Below are positions 12,708 through 25,401 of a DNA stretch of 64,000 bases, piece by piece; position 1 is the stretch's first letter, and every line of letters starts with the position of its first letter. Under the pieces are notes generated by a model. It ran no database searches. It was not told where the DNA came from and saw only the letters and a list, made by a program, of their open reading frames with translations. This stretch comes from Macrostomum lignano (Eukaryota), in contig NIVC01000206.1 of assembly GCA_002269645.1 (NCBI GenBank), positions 310,001 to 374,000 on the forward strand, read 5' to 3'. Position numbers and translations under genes: made by a program.

Positions 12708-15449
12708 AGTAGGCCCCTAAGAGGTGTAAACATATTTGATAATAAAATAGATCTCTTCTTCATATAAAATAAGTGTAGCTTTTTTGGATTTCTCTTATTG
12801 GTTGAGACTAATTTACTTGTTTAAAAGGGATAAAAACTAGATAAATTTCAAGCCCTATTCAAAATTCATCTGTTTCATTCATTGACAACAGTAAGCACTT
12901 AGATACAAAATGGCAGGCGCATATCTATTGATCAGTATTCTGCAATGAACATGTTGGTGAGTTTTTCTCGCTTTGCAATCAATGCAATAGATGGGCTCTT
13001 ATAGGTAACTTAGCAGTGTCTCAAGCTGCAGATGCTGCAGTAGTATATGTACAAGCCCCAAATTCTGACCAGCGGCTGTTCCTCTACCTGTTGAAAATCT
13101 AGAACCAGTGTATTTGATTCTGGCACAAGCAGAAAATTTTCTTTACCATTATCCAGATTTCAATGACCCTGATCCAGCTCTAGAAGAATCTATTCAAATT
13201 CCTCCAGCAGAGCTTGCACTGCCCCGCAGCCCACCTCCCCAGCCCTTTAAGATTCTTACAGGTACAGGATGCAGTCACGGGAAAGACCTTCTAGTGCAGT
13301 ATGCCTAACAAGACCTTAGCCATCTGATAGATGCAAAAATGCATCGAAATAGCCACACATACTATCGTTGCACTAAGTGTTTATCACTGCACTGTCATGG
13401 CTCCATAGTCTGCCGGGCTGATAGAACCATAGAAGCTCTTGCTCTGCATACGTGCAATCCAGTAGATCGGCCAGCTCAGAAGAGAAAGGCAGCAAAGGAG
13501 GTAAAGGAGGGAGCAAAATGCATGTTGTTTACCTCTGTGGAGAGGAGATGAGAGAAAAGAGGGCAGAGATGAGAGAGAGAAAAGATAAGAGATAAGAGTG
13601 CAGAGATAAGAGAAAAGATGAGAGACAAAAGGGCACTCCAATTTTTGCTTACTTCTATGATAACTAATACCTTTATCCTCTATCTTTAACTTTTAACATA
13701 TACAAACAATACATCAATTAGTATATTGAGATAGGTTTGAAACTATTATCCATGATACAAAAATCAAATGTCTTGTGCTAATAGTGCTACTAGCTTTAGT
13801 AGGTAGTAATACTTGCTGTAAAGGGAAGTGTTTTTTGTTTTACTAATCTAATTTCACTAACAAAATCTGTCTTCTCCGAGACTTGATGCTAGGTCATACC
13901 CTACCCTAATCACAGCCAATAGGAAATGAGGAAATATATAGACCTATCACCTATTCCTATCCAAGCAGCCATTCAAAGCTATGGCCATCTTGGTATTTAG
14001 CCATCTTGGTCATGTGCCTAAAAAGACACTTCACTTTTAAAATTTGGAGTACTTTTTATAGGCACGATGGCTGTGTCTATAAGTATGGAGCTTATAGGCA
14101 TGGCTATTATCATCAATATATGCAGGGCCCCTCCCAATTTTTTTATAAAATTGATAATTGTATAACTCATTTTGAGTGCGTGCCAAATCTAGGAAAACAC
14201 ATTTGTTATAATACACATATTTTTCATAATACTTTATGCAAACTAATTTTTGTTTAAACTAGCAGTAAATTTTAGTATAAATAGAAGCATTTTTGGCAGA
14301 GGAGAGACCAACCTTGCACATCGCGGTTCCTTAAGAACAAAAGCCAGTATCAAATAGAAATAGTTCCGAGTAAACATTATTGAAGATTGTTTTCCAAGTT
14401 ATTCATTTGCAGAAGAGAAGTGAAGTGGCAGAGAACACATACAGTATATACGATTGAAAAGTGGAAGTAGTAAGAAACTACAAAGTAGATCCTAAATCAA
14501 TACATAAAAGAATAACCGGAGGCTATGACCCTCTGATCTTGGTAATGCCCAGGACTTGAAAGTACATGCAATACATATACTAGTAAGCCAATATACCGCT
14601 CAGGCCAGAATAGCAGTAAATGCTACCAGAATAAAAGTAAATGCTACTGGAATAACAGAAGAATGATACTTGTAAGGGCTAAATAGTATTCTAAGAACAA
14701 TATACTCAGACAAATTCTCAAATATATACTCAGACAACTACTCAGATATAAACTCAGACTAATTCCAAGAAACATTTCCCAGACTTCTTCTAAGATTAAT
14801 AAACTCATGATTTATTAATAGAATAGTCTTGGTGGTAGCTACCAACATTAGAACAATTTATAAAGACAGAAGTCAAGCCCTGTAACAACTTATTGACAAT
14901 TGGGGAATCATTTGTAGAGACAGAAGAATCAGCCCTTCAACAACTTTGGTGACTCAGCAGTGAGATTCTGTATTGTACAGGAACACCCTTTGACAACTTT
15001 GATTGCAGCAGTGGTATAATTTCAGTGAGAGGAAACATGCCTGTGACAACTTTGGTGGCAGCTTTAGGATATTCAATAATAGGAATTAGAAAAGTAGCCC
15101 TACAACAAATATAAAATGCATGTTCTGTAAGGCTCTCTCATAAGCAAATGGTGGTTATATTGATAATCGATGATCGATGATTATATACATGGCAGCCATG
15201 CCTATAAGCTCCAATATTATAGACACAGCCACCCACCATACATGCGCAACAGTCGGCCGAGTTGGCCGATCCGGCCGACCGATTTAGCGGCCAACCAAGT
15301 AAGTCGCAAAATTGATTAACCACCAAAAAAACTAAAAAAACAAAAGACGAAAAAGGGGAAAGGAAAAGGAAAAAACGAGAAAAAGGGAGCAAAGAGAAAG
15401 AGAAAAACACAAAAAGAGTTGTAAGTGCTGTAAGTTGCAGCACTGAAGA

Positions 15450-16280
15450 CAAGGTAAGTCGCAGCAGGACCGAGCTAAGTCGCATCGAGGGCGAACTAAG
15501 TCGCACCGAGCGAGAGCTAAGTCGCACTAAGGGCGAGCTAAGTCGCACCGAGGGCAAAATAAGTCGCACCGAGCGAGAGCTAAGTCGCACTAAGTCGCAG
15601 CAGGACCGAGCTAAGTCGCACCGAGGGCGAGCTAAGTTGCAGCAGGACCGAGCTAAGTCGCACCGAGGGCGAACTAAGTCGCACCGAGCGAGAGCTAAGT
15701 CGCACTAAGTTGCAGCAGGACCAAGCTAAGTCGCACCGAGGGCGAGCTAAGTTGCAGCAGGACTGAGCTAAGTCACACCGAGGGCGAACTAAGTCGCACT
15801 GAGCGAGAGCTAAGTTGCACTGAGGGCGAGCTAAGTCGCAGCAGGACCGAGCTAAGTCGCACCGAGGGCGAACTAAGTCGCACCGAGCGAGAGCTAAGTC
15901 GCACTGAGGGCGAGCTATGTCGCAGCAGGACCGAGCTAAGTCGCACTAAGGGCGAGCTAAGTCGCACCGAGGGCAAAATAAGTCGCACCGAGCGAGAGCT
16001 AAGTCGCACTAAGTCGCAGGAGGACCGAGCTAAGTCGCACCGAGGGCGAGCTAAGTTGCAGCAGGACCGAGCTAAGTCGCACCGAGGGCGAACTAAGTCG
16101 CACCGAGCGAGAGCTAAGTCGCACTAAGTCGCAGCAGGACCGAGCTAAGTCGCACCGAGGGCGAGCTAAGTCGCACCGAGCGAGAGCTATGTCGCACTGA
16201 GGGCGAGCTAAGTCGCAGCAGGACCGAGTAAGTCGCAGCAGGGCCGAGGTAAGTCGCAGCAGGACTGAGTTAAGTCGCAG
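15450..16280. repeat. Subterminal repeat array of the hAT element (core CTAAGTCGCA)
   Basis: Dozens of ctaagtcgca motifs in roughly 20-25-bp units close to the left TIR. The same taagtcgc motif occurs in both MITE families. Confidence 0.9.
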
Positions 16281-16629
16281 AGCATCTTTAGGATTATTAG
16301 GATAGGATTAGTTTAGGATGAATTTAATGTATCACTTACTAGGGTGTAGGCTACGTGTGCATTAACGCATCAATTTGAAAAATTAAGAATTACGAAGCCA
16401 GAAATGGCTAAGGAATAGAAATAGGGATAGAATAACTTATAAGCAGTAATTTTTCAGCCCTATTACAATTGCAAATCATACTTTTAATAATATTTAATTA
16501 GCAAATTAAAACTGCAAGATTCTAACGGTCTTATATATGAACTTAGAAGAACTGTAGTCTTAATGATTATGCATGTACCATTGTAATAATTGATTAAAAT
16601 TGTAGCAGATTAAAACTGATAAAAAACTT

Positions 16630-19428
16630 TCAAAATAGTCCACTTAGCAAATCAGAATCAGAATTTTTATTTTCCTCGTCTACGTTGGATTCTTTTTGCC
16701 GTTGACCTCCAGGAGCATCAGAACGCCAGTGTTTTTTCAGCCAATCATTGACATAAATATCCGGCTTAAATTTCATCAGCGGAGGCCCATTTATTCGAAT
16801 CCGTAGTAGATGCTCCAATGTTTTTGGTGCCAAGCGTGTTCTCCTGTCATAGGCAATGTGCTTATAGATAGAAAACCCTCTTTCAGCCTCAGCTGATGAT
16901 ATTGGCAAAGTTAACACAACCATAATTAGATTCTTTATTCTGGGCAGCCATTCAACAGTTCTTGTCTCTAGAAAGTGACTCCAAAATTTCACCGGACCTT
17001 TGCCTTTGTAGGCACAGAAGTCAACACTATGCGAAGTGATCAAACTTTTTAGGAGTAGACCGAACTGACCAGAGATTGTCCTTTCTGTAGCGCGTTTTGA
17101 AGCATCTGCATCTCTAGAGTCTGAATCAGAAAGATGGTCCTCTGTTTCAGATTCAGAGCTGTCATCTTCCATTCCAAACCGTCTAGCAAGAGGTATGATT
17201 CTCGAACTGTATGTAAAGACAGTATGTAATGTTTCAGCATTAGGCAATAACATTGGGTTGAGCACATTAAATATTGAGTAGTCATCCTCAGGAAAATAAT
17301 TACGCAGCTGATCAATTATGCTATCAATGATTCGACTGCGAATCTCATCCAGTGCTGGATAAGCTCCCATGTCAACAACACTGCCACGTCCACTAGCATC
17401 AAATAATCTATTTCTTAGAGATCTGTCTGCAGCAGAACTTGGTTGCTTCAACTCAAACCTCTCTGTTGGATTGCTGCTTCCAGGGCCGGAAGGACAAGCA
17501 AAGTTAGAATAAGATAGGTCTCTTGTGTGACATACTGAATGGTATTCCAGCTGCGGATATCCATCTGCAGTTCCCAAAACTCGACGACACTTTCAGGAAG
17601 CCAAAAAGTCCACAATGCGAGGACCATTGTTCGTTTTTAAGGTTTCTAGTGAATGGATAAGGTTAGTGTGGCGTTCTTGCAAGCCAATAAATGTACCCTT
17701 GGCTCTTTGAAACTGCAAGGACTCAAATTCCAGTAATTTTAGAATGTCCATGAGAAATAGATGTAATGAATAATACCGGACATTTTGCAATGTTTTCAAT
17801 AATCCAGAGGCAGTTGCTTTACTTTCGTCATCAAAGCCTGAGGAAGGTGATTTGATATTTTCTAAATTTGTCAGAAGCAAGTAGTACGACTTTCGAATCA
17901 CATCAAGAGCAGACACTTCCGATGCAACCCACCTGATGTGATATATTCTTTTTCATGCTTGGGCGCAACCTTGGGATTCACTCGGCCGTTTCTATTGGCA
18001 ACACACACATGTAAGTCGCTATTGGACGAAATAGTAGTCACGTGACTGCTCTCAGCCAATAGCGACTTACATGTGTATGTTGCCAATAGAAACGGCCGGG
18101 TGATTCCCAAAGTTGCGCATGTATGTTCTTTTTAATTCATAGAAAACCAAGTTGAGTGCTTCCGAAGTTTGTGCCAAAGATGCCTTACATTTAACAGCAT
18201 GGCTCATATAAAATTTGTGTAGAGAATTTATATTCTTATCGAGATGTTGCATAAATGGGAAGATTTCAAAGGCATGATAGATTGAAAGTTCTAACTTATG
18301 CGCTGCACAATGTTGCTGAAAAAATTGTTTGCTAGCCCAAGGCCTCAGTTGACTTATTAATCCCACTCGACTTCCTGTCATTACGGATGCACCATCAGTT
18401 GTCACCCCCCATAGCCTTCGTTTGATTTCATCTTCTAGCTTGTCATCCGAAAATAAACGGATGAGAAGTTCATAAATGCTTCGTCCAGTCTCTACTTCAG
18501 TCAGACGTTTAAACCGATAAAAAAAACATCAAAGGTTGGCTGTTTTCAAGAACTCTGAAGTATATCATGATGTAGCTGTTTGAATGAATATCAGACGTTG
18601 TATCTAGTACAATAGAAATCGGAAGATTGTCAGCACTTTTAATGTAATTCACAAATGTCCGATGCATTGTATTACTGATTGATTCCACCATTGCTGCGGC
18701 ACTTTTGCGATGCTTATGATGGCTCCCCATATCCAACCCATTTTTTACTTGTAAATCAATCATATTTGGATGAGCACTGAATGGAATATTAGATTTGACT
18801 TTGGCATAAACTGTTGTCAAAACTCGGGCTGTTATTTCATCTCGTTTAGTTTTAGCTAGTCTAGCGGCCTCATTCATCTGTTTGAGTTGCTTTGCAAGAA
18901 CTGAAGTATGTTTTTCCTTCATCCACTTTATGGCGTCACTGTGAAGTGTATTTAATGAATGTTCCTGTAGTTTTCTTCGTACGCTATCTTTTGCATGACC
19001 TTTGGGAATGTAGCCTTGTTCTGTTGCAAAAGTTAACTTACGTTGGCTCTCTAGATTTGTCTCCTTTTTCTTATGTGCATTCAAAAATTTTCTGCAGATC
19101 CGACATTGTATTCCAGATCTTGATAGATCTTCGGTGTTTTGAACATATTGAAACCATGTCTTCACTTCTTGTGACACAAATTTTCTTGAAAATGATCTGC
19201 AATGGTCAAATTAGAGAATATTTTGGGATTTGGACTATTTGTGAGTATCTAAAAGCAATATGCTAATAAGTGCAATACACAATACACTATACATTAATTT
19301 ACAGTTCGTCAGTTTCCATTTACTTACTGTGACTGGTGCATCTCCAAAAAATGTAACTACTCCTCTCGAAAACCAGATGTATCCTCCCAGTCCTTTTTAG
19401 GGAAAACTTCAATATTTTCGCCCATCAT
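16630..19428 (-). pseudogene. Disrupted hAT transposase (zinc-finger-like N-part, DUF4371-like region, DDE core, hATC dimerisation domain)
   Basis: CRIC motif; VLDTTSD, TTDGASVMTG, HCAAHKLEL, IRW (after MITE removal), LPISSAEAERGFS...NGP. Lesions: TAG 19357-19359, A8 frameshift 18519-18526, MITE 17954-18125, TGA 17593-17595. Phase-2 GT-AG intron 19327-19197 joins in frame. Confidence 0.93.
17954..18125 (-). mobile_element. Palindromic hAT MITE (family A) inserted in the transposase
   Basis: 172-bp near-palindrome centred on tcacgtga; perfect 8-bp TSD ttcttttt (17946-17953 / 18126-18133). Confidence 0.95.
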
Positions 19429-19582
19429 AGAGGAAGACGAGGGCTTTGATGCTGAAGTGGCTAGACATGCGTCTGCAGATGTGCTTATGTATGGTATTTT
19501 TCTTTGCGATGGCCCTGCTTCTGCAGTATTTACTTGTACTATTTCAACATCACCTGAACCCCTTGAGTCGCTCGAATCTAAA

Positions 19583-20956
19583 TCAACAATTAGGACTTTG
19601 GCAAAGTGATCGTTTCGTTGATTGTCTTTGAATATTTACTTGCCTAATAATTTCCACTTGTAGTTTGCTTGTTTGCTGGTCATTCTCCAACAACTCTCTT
19701 CTTTCCTGTACATTTGCAGCAGAGCAAAAATTAGAAGTTTCTGCAGCAGCAGTTTGAACAGCGTGATCTCGATTAGCTGCTATTTGCTCTGAAAATTCAT
19801 AGGACCTGGCCAATTCACTACGGTGTGAGCTTTCAGAACATGAAGCTGGAGCAGGAGCTAGTCGCATTTCGATTCTTTCTGTTGCTGATGAAGCAGATGC
19901 TAATGCTGAGTCTGCCAATGTACATGCTTCTCTTGAAGGTGTATTTTATGATGGCTTCAATATTGTCCTCTAAAATCCAATGAGCACCTGAGCAGTCATT
20001 TTCTCTACCTGGAGTCAACTGTTCAAGTTTCCACCTTGTAAAAAGCAAAGGCTTTCGTAACTCACTGCTGGATTCAGGGCACCGGTTTATTGAATAGTCC
20101 TCATGACCAAGTTCATCCCATTCTCTTGCTGGCTTTAAGATGTAGTTGGGCTTGTCTCTTAGCCTACGATAAATGGACTCAAAAAATGTGCACCTGTTAT
20201 TTTGTGTACTTCGTGCATAGATGATCATGTCATGCACATTGTTCCTAATAATTTCAGCTAATGAGTTATCAATGATAATTTTATCTTCATAAACAGGTCT
20301 TCTTTGTGTTGCATGCATTTTAGCTAGTCGCAGTTTTCCAATGCTACTGGCAGTTGTGGAACTTGAACTGTCCGATTCTGATCTAGAAAAGTCTCGTTGA
20401 TACAAGAGAATAATGGCCATGGCACTTTTACCATTCCCATTCTTTAATGCATTTGGTTCTGTTGGAATTGTCTTACTAGCAGACTTGAAAAAATCAATGA
20501 TGGATGACTGCGATGATCCACTAGGAGCGGAACTTGGCAGCCCATGTCTAGTTTTTCCCTGATACCCAATAGATGTATCGGTAAAAACATATCTGCTGCT
20601 TCCTGCTTCTCTTTTGATGCAATAACAAAGAAACTGCTGTCCGTTTTGAAGCCTGAGGACCGATAGAAGTCAGCAGAAAATGAAACCACAGGTCGTCTAA
20701 AATCGCCGCTATATTCTTGAACTCCAATCAGAAGAAAATCACGGAGTCTCACTGGCACTGATCCTAATAGCATTGCAGTTGTGGAACAAACTTTCTTCAG
20801 CTCAATGAACTCTGAAAATTCTTGAGATCCAATATTAGGCTCATCAGTATTTAACTCATTTATAACAATTGAGCACTCACTCTCAGCTAGAATACCATTG
20901 ATAGCTAGGATGCCACTTAGAATCAGTAGGCAAAGACAACTAAGGCTGTACATCAT
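19583..20956 (-). pseudogene. Transposon cargo or N-terminal module: signal peptide plus lamin-tail-like (INE...EFIEL...TPGxxN) domain, frameshifted
   Basis: MMYSLSCLCLLILSGILAINGILA-ESECSIVINELNTDEPNIGSQEFSEFIELKKVC; later NALKNGNGKSAMAIILLY, DMIIY, DYSINRC and LTPGRENDC. Two single-base frameshifts (about 20575 and 19947) join three ORFs. Confidence 0.7.
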
Positions 20957-23900
20957 TCTGTGAAAGATTAAGTCGAGTATATGATTTTGGTGATAAAATA
21001 AGATTGATTTATGAGTATTACTATATAAATAAAACATTTAAAAGCCCTTACCTTTACCAATTCATGTACAGAAAGTAAGTGTAAATACAACCAATTGCCT
21101 TGGTAGTTTAGTTATATGCTCGTATCAGATGCAGGCAGACAGCATAGGCTGCCAAGGTGCTATAAGTTAAGGTTAACTTTCACTATTTGGCTTTACAGAC
21201 TGCTTTTATCGCTGCATGCATTGACTTAGCCTTAGCTTGTGCCATCATACTCATACAGCTATATATACATATGTATCTCTGCCACTCCCCACTTTTGCAA
21301 CCTTACACTGTACAATCATGCCTAAAACACTCCGTGTCAAGTGTACTGTTCTAGTGCCACATGGGGTACAAATACGATTAGGAATGACAAGAGTCAAAAC
21401 CATACATGCACAATAGTTGGCCGATATGGACGACTGATTTGGCGGCCAACCAAGGTAAGTTGCAAAAATGCCCACCCAAATAAATACCAAAGTAGTATTA
21501 AGTAGCTGACGAAGCATTTTGCCTTAATAAAGACAGTTATAGTTACTCCTGCCATTTACCCAAAGTTGCGTTAATTTTGCTTTCAGGTTTTTTTCATGTA
21601 AGTCGCATTTTTGGCCGAAAACTACGTCGCACGGCCGACCAAATTTTGGAGGTTGCGCATGTATGCCACCCACCATGTCTCTAAGTGTGAACCTATTTAT
21701 ATTAATGACATGGCTATCTACCATGTCTCAAAGTGTGAACCTATTCAATATTAGCAACATAGCCACCCACTGTGTCTCTAAGTGTGAACCCATTCAATAT
21801 TAATGACATGGCTACCATGAAAGTTTCATCAACATGGTAGCTATGTCTCTAATAGTGACTAGGTCCATACTTATAGACATGGCGCCTGTGTCTATAATGC
21901 AGAACCTTATACATATGGCAGCCATGTCTATAAATATGGACCTAGTCACTATTAGAGACATGGCAGCCATGTTTAAAAGTTTCTATATTATAGACACGGC
22001 AGCCATGTCTCTGAGTGTGACATTTAACATTTGGCCTAGAATTAAAAAAGTTAAGGGCCTACGCTTATGTAACTTTTTGTATATATACTTTTGTTAATTG
22101 TTAGTTTTGTAATAGGCCCTCTACAAAATTGCCATAAAGGCCTGTGACCTTTTTAACAAAAAAAAACAATTTAAAATCTATAACTTTTTTATTTCTTTAA
22201 TTTTCTTATGATTAGTGTCATTTTTTCATATTTTATTCTAGTTTAAAAAAATGAATTAAAATTTGTTTGCTTGCTTAACAAAGTTCTTTTCTAAAAAAGA
22301 ATTAAGTAGGAGAAGGTTGCTTATCTTTTGAATAAAAACAATGCTGTTTTTTACTTTTTTGAGAATAAAAAATAAAGTATATTTTATAATCTATTAAACT
22401 TTGCTTTTTATTTTTTAAAATGTAAACTTTTAATAAAAGAAAATTTTTTTACATAGAAAAAAATCGATTAGACTAGAGTTATACTCTTTAAAAACTTTTA
22501 ATGCAAAACACAAGAAAGTCCAATAATAAAAGGCAAATATGAGAGTTCTACATTGCTTTAAAAGTTTTAGCCTATCATTTTGTTTATAAATATCTTATTA
22601 TTATATATTCAATAAATATATACTAGTAATTATATTTATATTATTTAGATGCAATAGTTTACTATATATGGTTTTATATACTATTATTATTAACAGAATT
22701 TTAGTAGAAAAAGTTTGTTACTTTAAATTTCAATGTGTCAATCTTATATTTCATGTTTATAATATTAGCTAATATCATTTTTGATCTATATATAACTTAT
22801 AACATCCAAGCATTTAAGTGGTAGAAATAAAAATATAGCTTTATATACATGAATAATGCTATTATTTCTATAAAACAGTTAACTAGAAGTATTTCCATAA
22901 TTATTTCTTTATTTAACATGTCTAATTTAATTAGCTAGCATAGATTTTGCCTATTCTAAGATGTGCATAGTTATTTGTACCATTTACCCAAATATTCAAA
23001 AAACTAAATAGCAAATTTTTATTAGGGAGGCTTAGTGTGCCATTATGTAGGGATATGCCATTTTACCTTTCTTATTTCTACATTGTTTTCCAATGAAAGA
23101 ATGAAAAAAGTAGAGCTACCTCTTTTACCTTAATAACAATAATAAAATTATGATTTCTTATGAGAATTTATATGTATTTTGATGATATACTAATTTTAGT
23201 GAGTGGCAAGAGCTAGGCTAAGCTTTTTTGCTAAATATAATCATTTTTTATAAGAAATCAAATGGAAAGTTAAAAACCATGCTGCCTATAGTCTTAAGTT
23301 AGAGATGGCCTGAAATTTTGGCTAGAATTTTGGCTACCTTAAAATTTGCATTGAAAATGCATGAAATGCATAGTTTCAATTTCGGGTATTACACTTTTGG
23401 GTACATTGATACCCAAAATTTCAAGCTCATTGTCTTATATCTAAAGCTGAGTAGATCAATCAATCAACTAGCCAAGTTTAATGTGTATTTCCCCTTAGAC
23501 AGCTGCCAACTCAAATGCAAAACTTATGAAATGTTTATACTTTCTTCGATACTATCTAGAGATGGCCTGGCAGGTCTTGAAATCCCACTGTTGCCACCAA
23601 TGAAGTATAGGTGTCTTGCCTGTGACTGTTGACTAGACTGCTGCCACTAATGTCATGTCTGCTGGCTTCCTCAAGCTGTCTCAGAAGGGCTGGCCGATCT
23701 TCTAGCTCTTGGTGGAGGTGTCTAGTTGGCAGTTTCATAGAAACTGGTTCTCGTAGCATAGGTAGTGCTGCCACTAGCTTCGCAGAGTTGCAGCTTTCGG
23801 TGAGGTGCTAAGCTTGTAGAAGCAAATAACTAAGACAAGAGAGAAAGTCAATCACTTTGTGCAGATTTAGCAGTTCTCAAACAGGAGCGTCCACAGTCTG

Positions 23901-25274
23901 CAGTCCCTGCTCGGCTAGTGTGGGGTTAGAGCGATGGTGCTAGCTTTGGGGGATCTAAGCTGCCTTGCTAATAGATAGCAAGAGCAATTTGATGTAGGCA
24001 TGCACAAAGTTGGGAGTCTTAAGTTCAAACTTAGGGGCAAACTTGGCACACAAACTTAAAAGACTTTGACTGAGATAGAGAGGCAGGCAGAAAACGGGCA
24101 AATGGGTGGAACAGGCTAATAGGCAAATGGGCTTGTCTGAACCAAGCCATGAGAGGGGCTACATTTATAGGGAGAATCAATTGCACTATAGCACAAAAGA
24201 CCCTACTAAGAGTCATGAGTGACTCTGTTGCTATTTTTAGCAACAAGCAAGCAGGTTCTGCCTCAGAGGAGGCAGGGGTCTTTGCGCACGTGATGTCCCC
24301 ATAAACACGAGCCTAGTGTACAATGATGAAATCATTGCACTTTGGACTAAAAAAGGAAGAAGGCCTGTCATGTGTCTGGCTCACATGATGAGGGGGAAAA
24401 AGCCCACAAGTGAAGGCACTTGTGACCTTGGGACCGGAAAACAGATGGCATTCCAAATTTGGAGATGCCAACCAGAGAACGAAACAGAGGCAGGCCAGCT
24501 GTCTAGGCACTGCAAAATGAGAACACAAGACAAAAGGAGACAAACAAGGACAAACAGACAGACAGGCAAATGGGCATGGGACAGCCCAGAGGACAGGCGA
24601 GAAGGGACAGGCAACTTCCCAATGGCAGACAGAAGCCTGGGGCGAAGGCGAGGGAGGCAGCTGATTAGTGCAGTGCCTAACTAAATAGTGACTCACTACA
24701 CTTATATGTATGAATGAAGAATTTTCGTAACCTTCTATGGCCAGTCTGCCTCTCTAGTAGAAGGGTTGGATCAGCCTGTTTGTAAAAATAGCTATCCCAA
24801 CCTCTGCCTGCGGGTCTCTATGTATTGGAAAGGTGGGTGCATTCGATGTGAATAAAACCCCTGCATTTTGGGGGTTCAATTAAATTTAATGATTCCTCCA
24901 GAATGGGAGGTTTGGGCTTAGGCTAAGTGTACATAGCAGTTGTAACAGGTAAGCAGATAGCTAGGGCTATGCCAAGATTCAATTGGTTTTATTATTGGCA
25001 CCTTTCCCTGTGTATTAGCTGAGCAATTAAATCATCACCTTAACACTAGAGTCTAGACTAGGCACTGCTAGGGCATAGATAAGATACCATGCACACCATA
25101 GTGACAATTAGTGAATCAATCTATATAAATTGATAATAAGCCCATTAACTTAATATAGAAAACAAGAGGCAAATCTAAATCTGTCCCCAACTCCTCCCCC
25201 TTCTCTGTATGTTTGTCACTTTAGCCACCTTTCCTCTTTCCCCTAATCCCTCAATGTTTGCCACTTTAAACCCT

Positions 25275-25401
<127 letters not shown>

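Larger units (their letters stand above)
15237..21665 (-). mobile_element. Full-length but defective hAT DNA transposon (ZNF862/Tip100-like), 6429 bp
   Basis: 14-bp perfect TIRs CATACATGCGCAAC / GTTGCGCATGTATG; perfect 8-bp TSD ccacccac (15229-15236 / 21666-21673); subterminal repeat array; internal transposase. Confidence 0.95.

Noticed and set aside
17593-17595. Programmed readthrough or selenocysteine at the in-frame TGA of the transposase
   Set aside because: The gene has several other lesions; a CGA-to-TGA nonsense change is simpler.
12393-21665. A single 9.3-kb transposon bounded by long inverted repeats (12393-12707 and 21401-21665)
   Set aside because: Outer flanks do not match (agtaggcc vs ccacccac); each unit is explained by its own TSD.
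23556-24700. GC-richer block with short ORFs, possible retroelement gag/ORF1 remnant
   Set aside because: No diagnostic motif, LTR, PBS or TSD could be identified.
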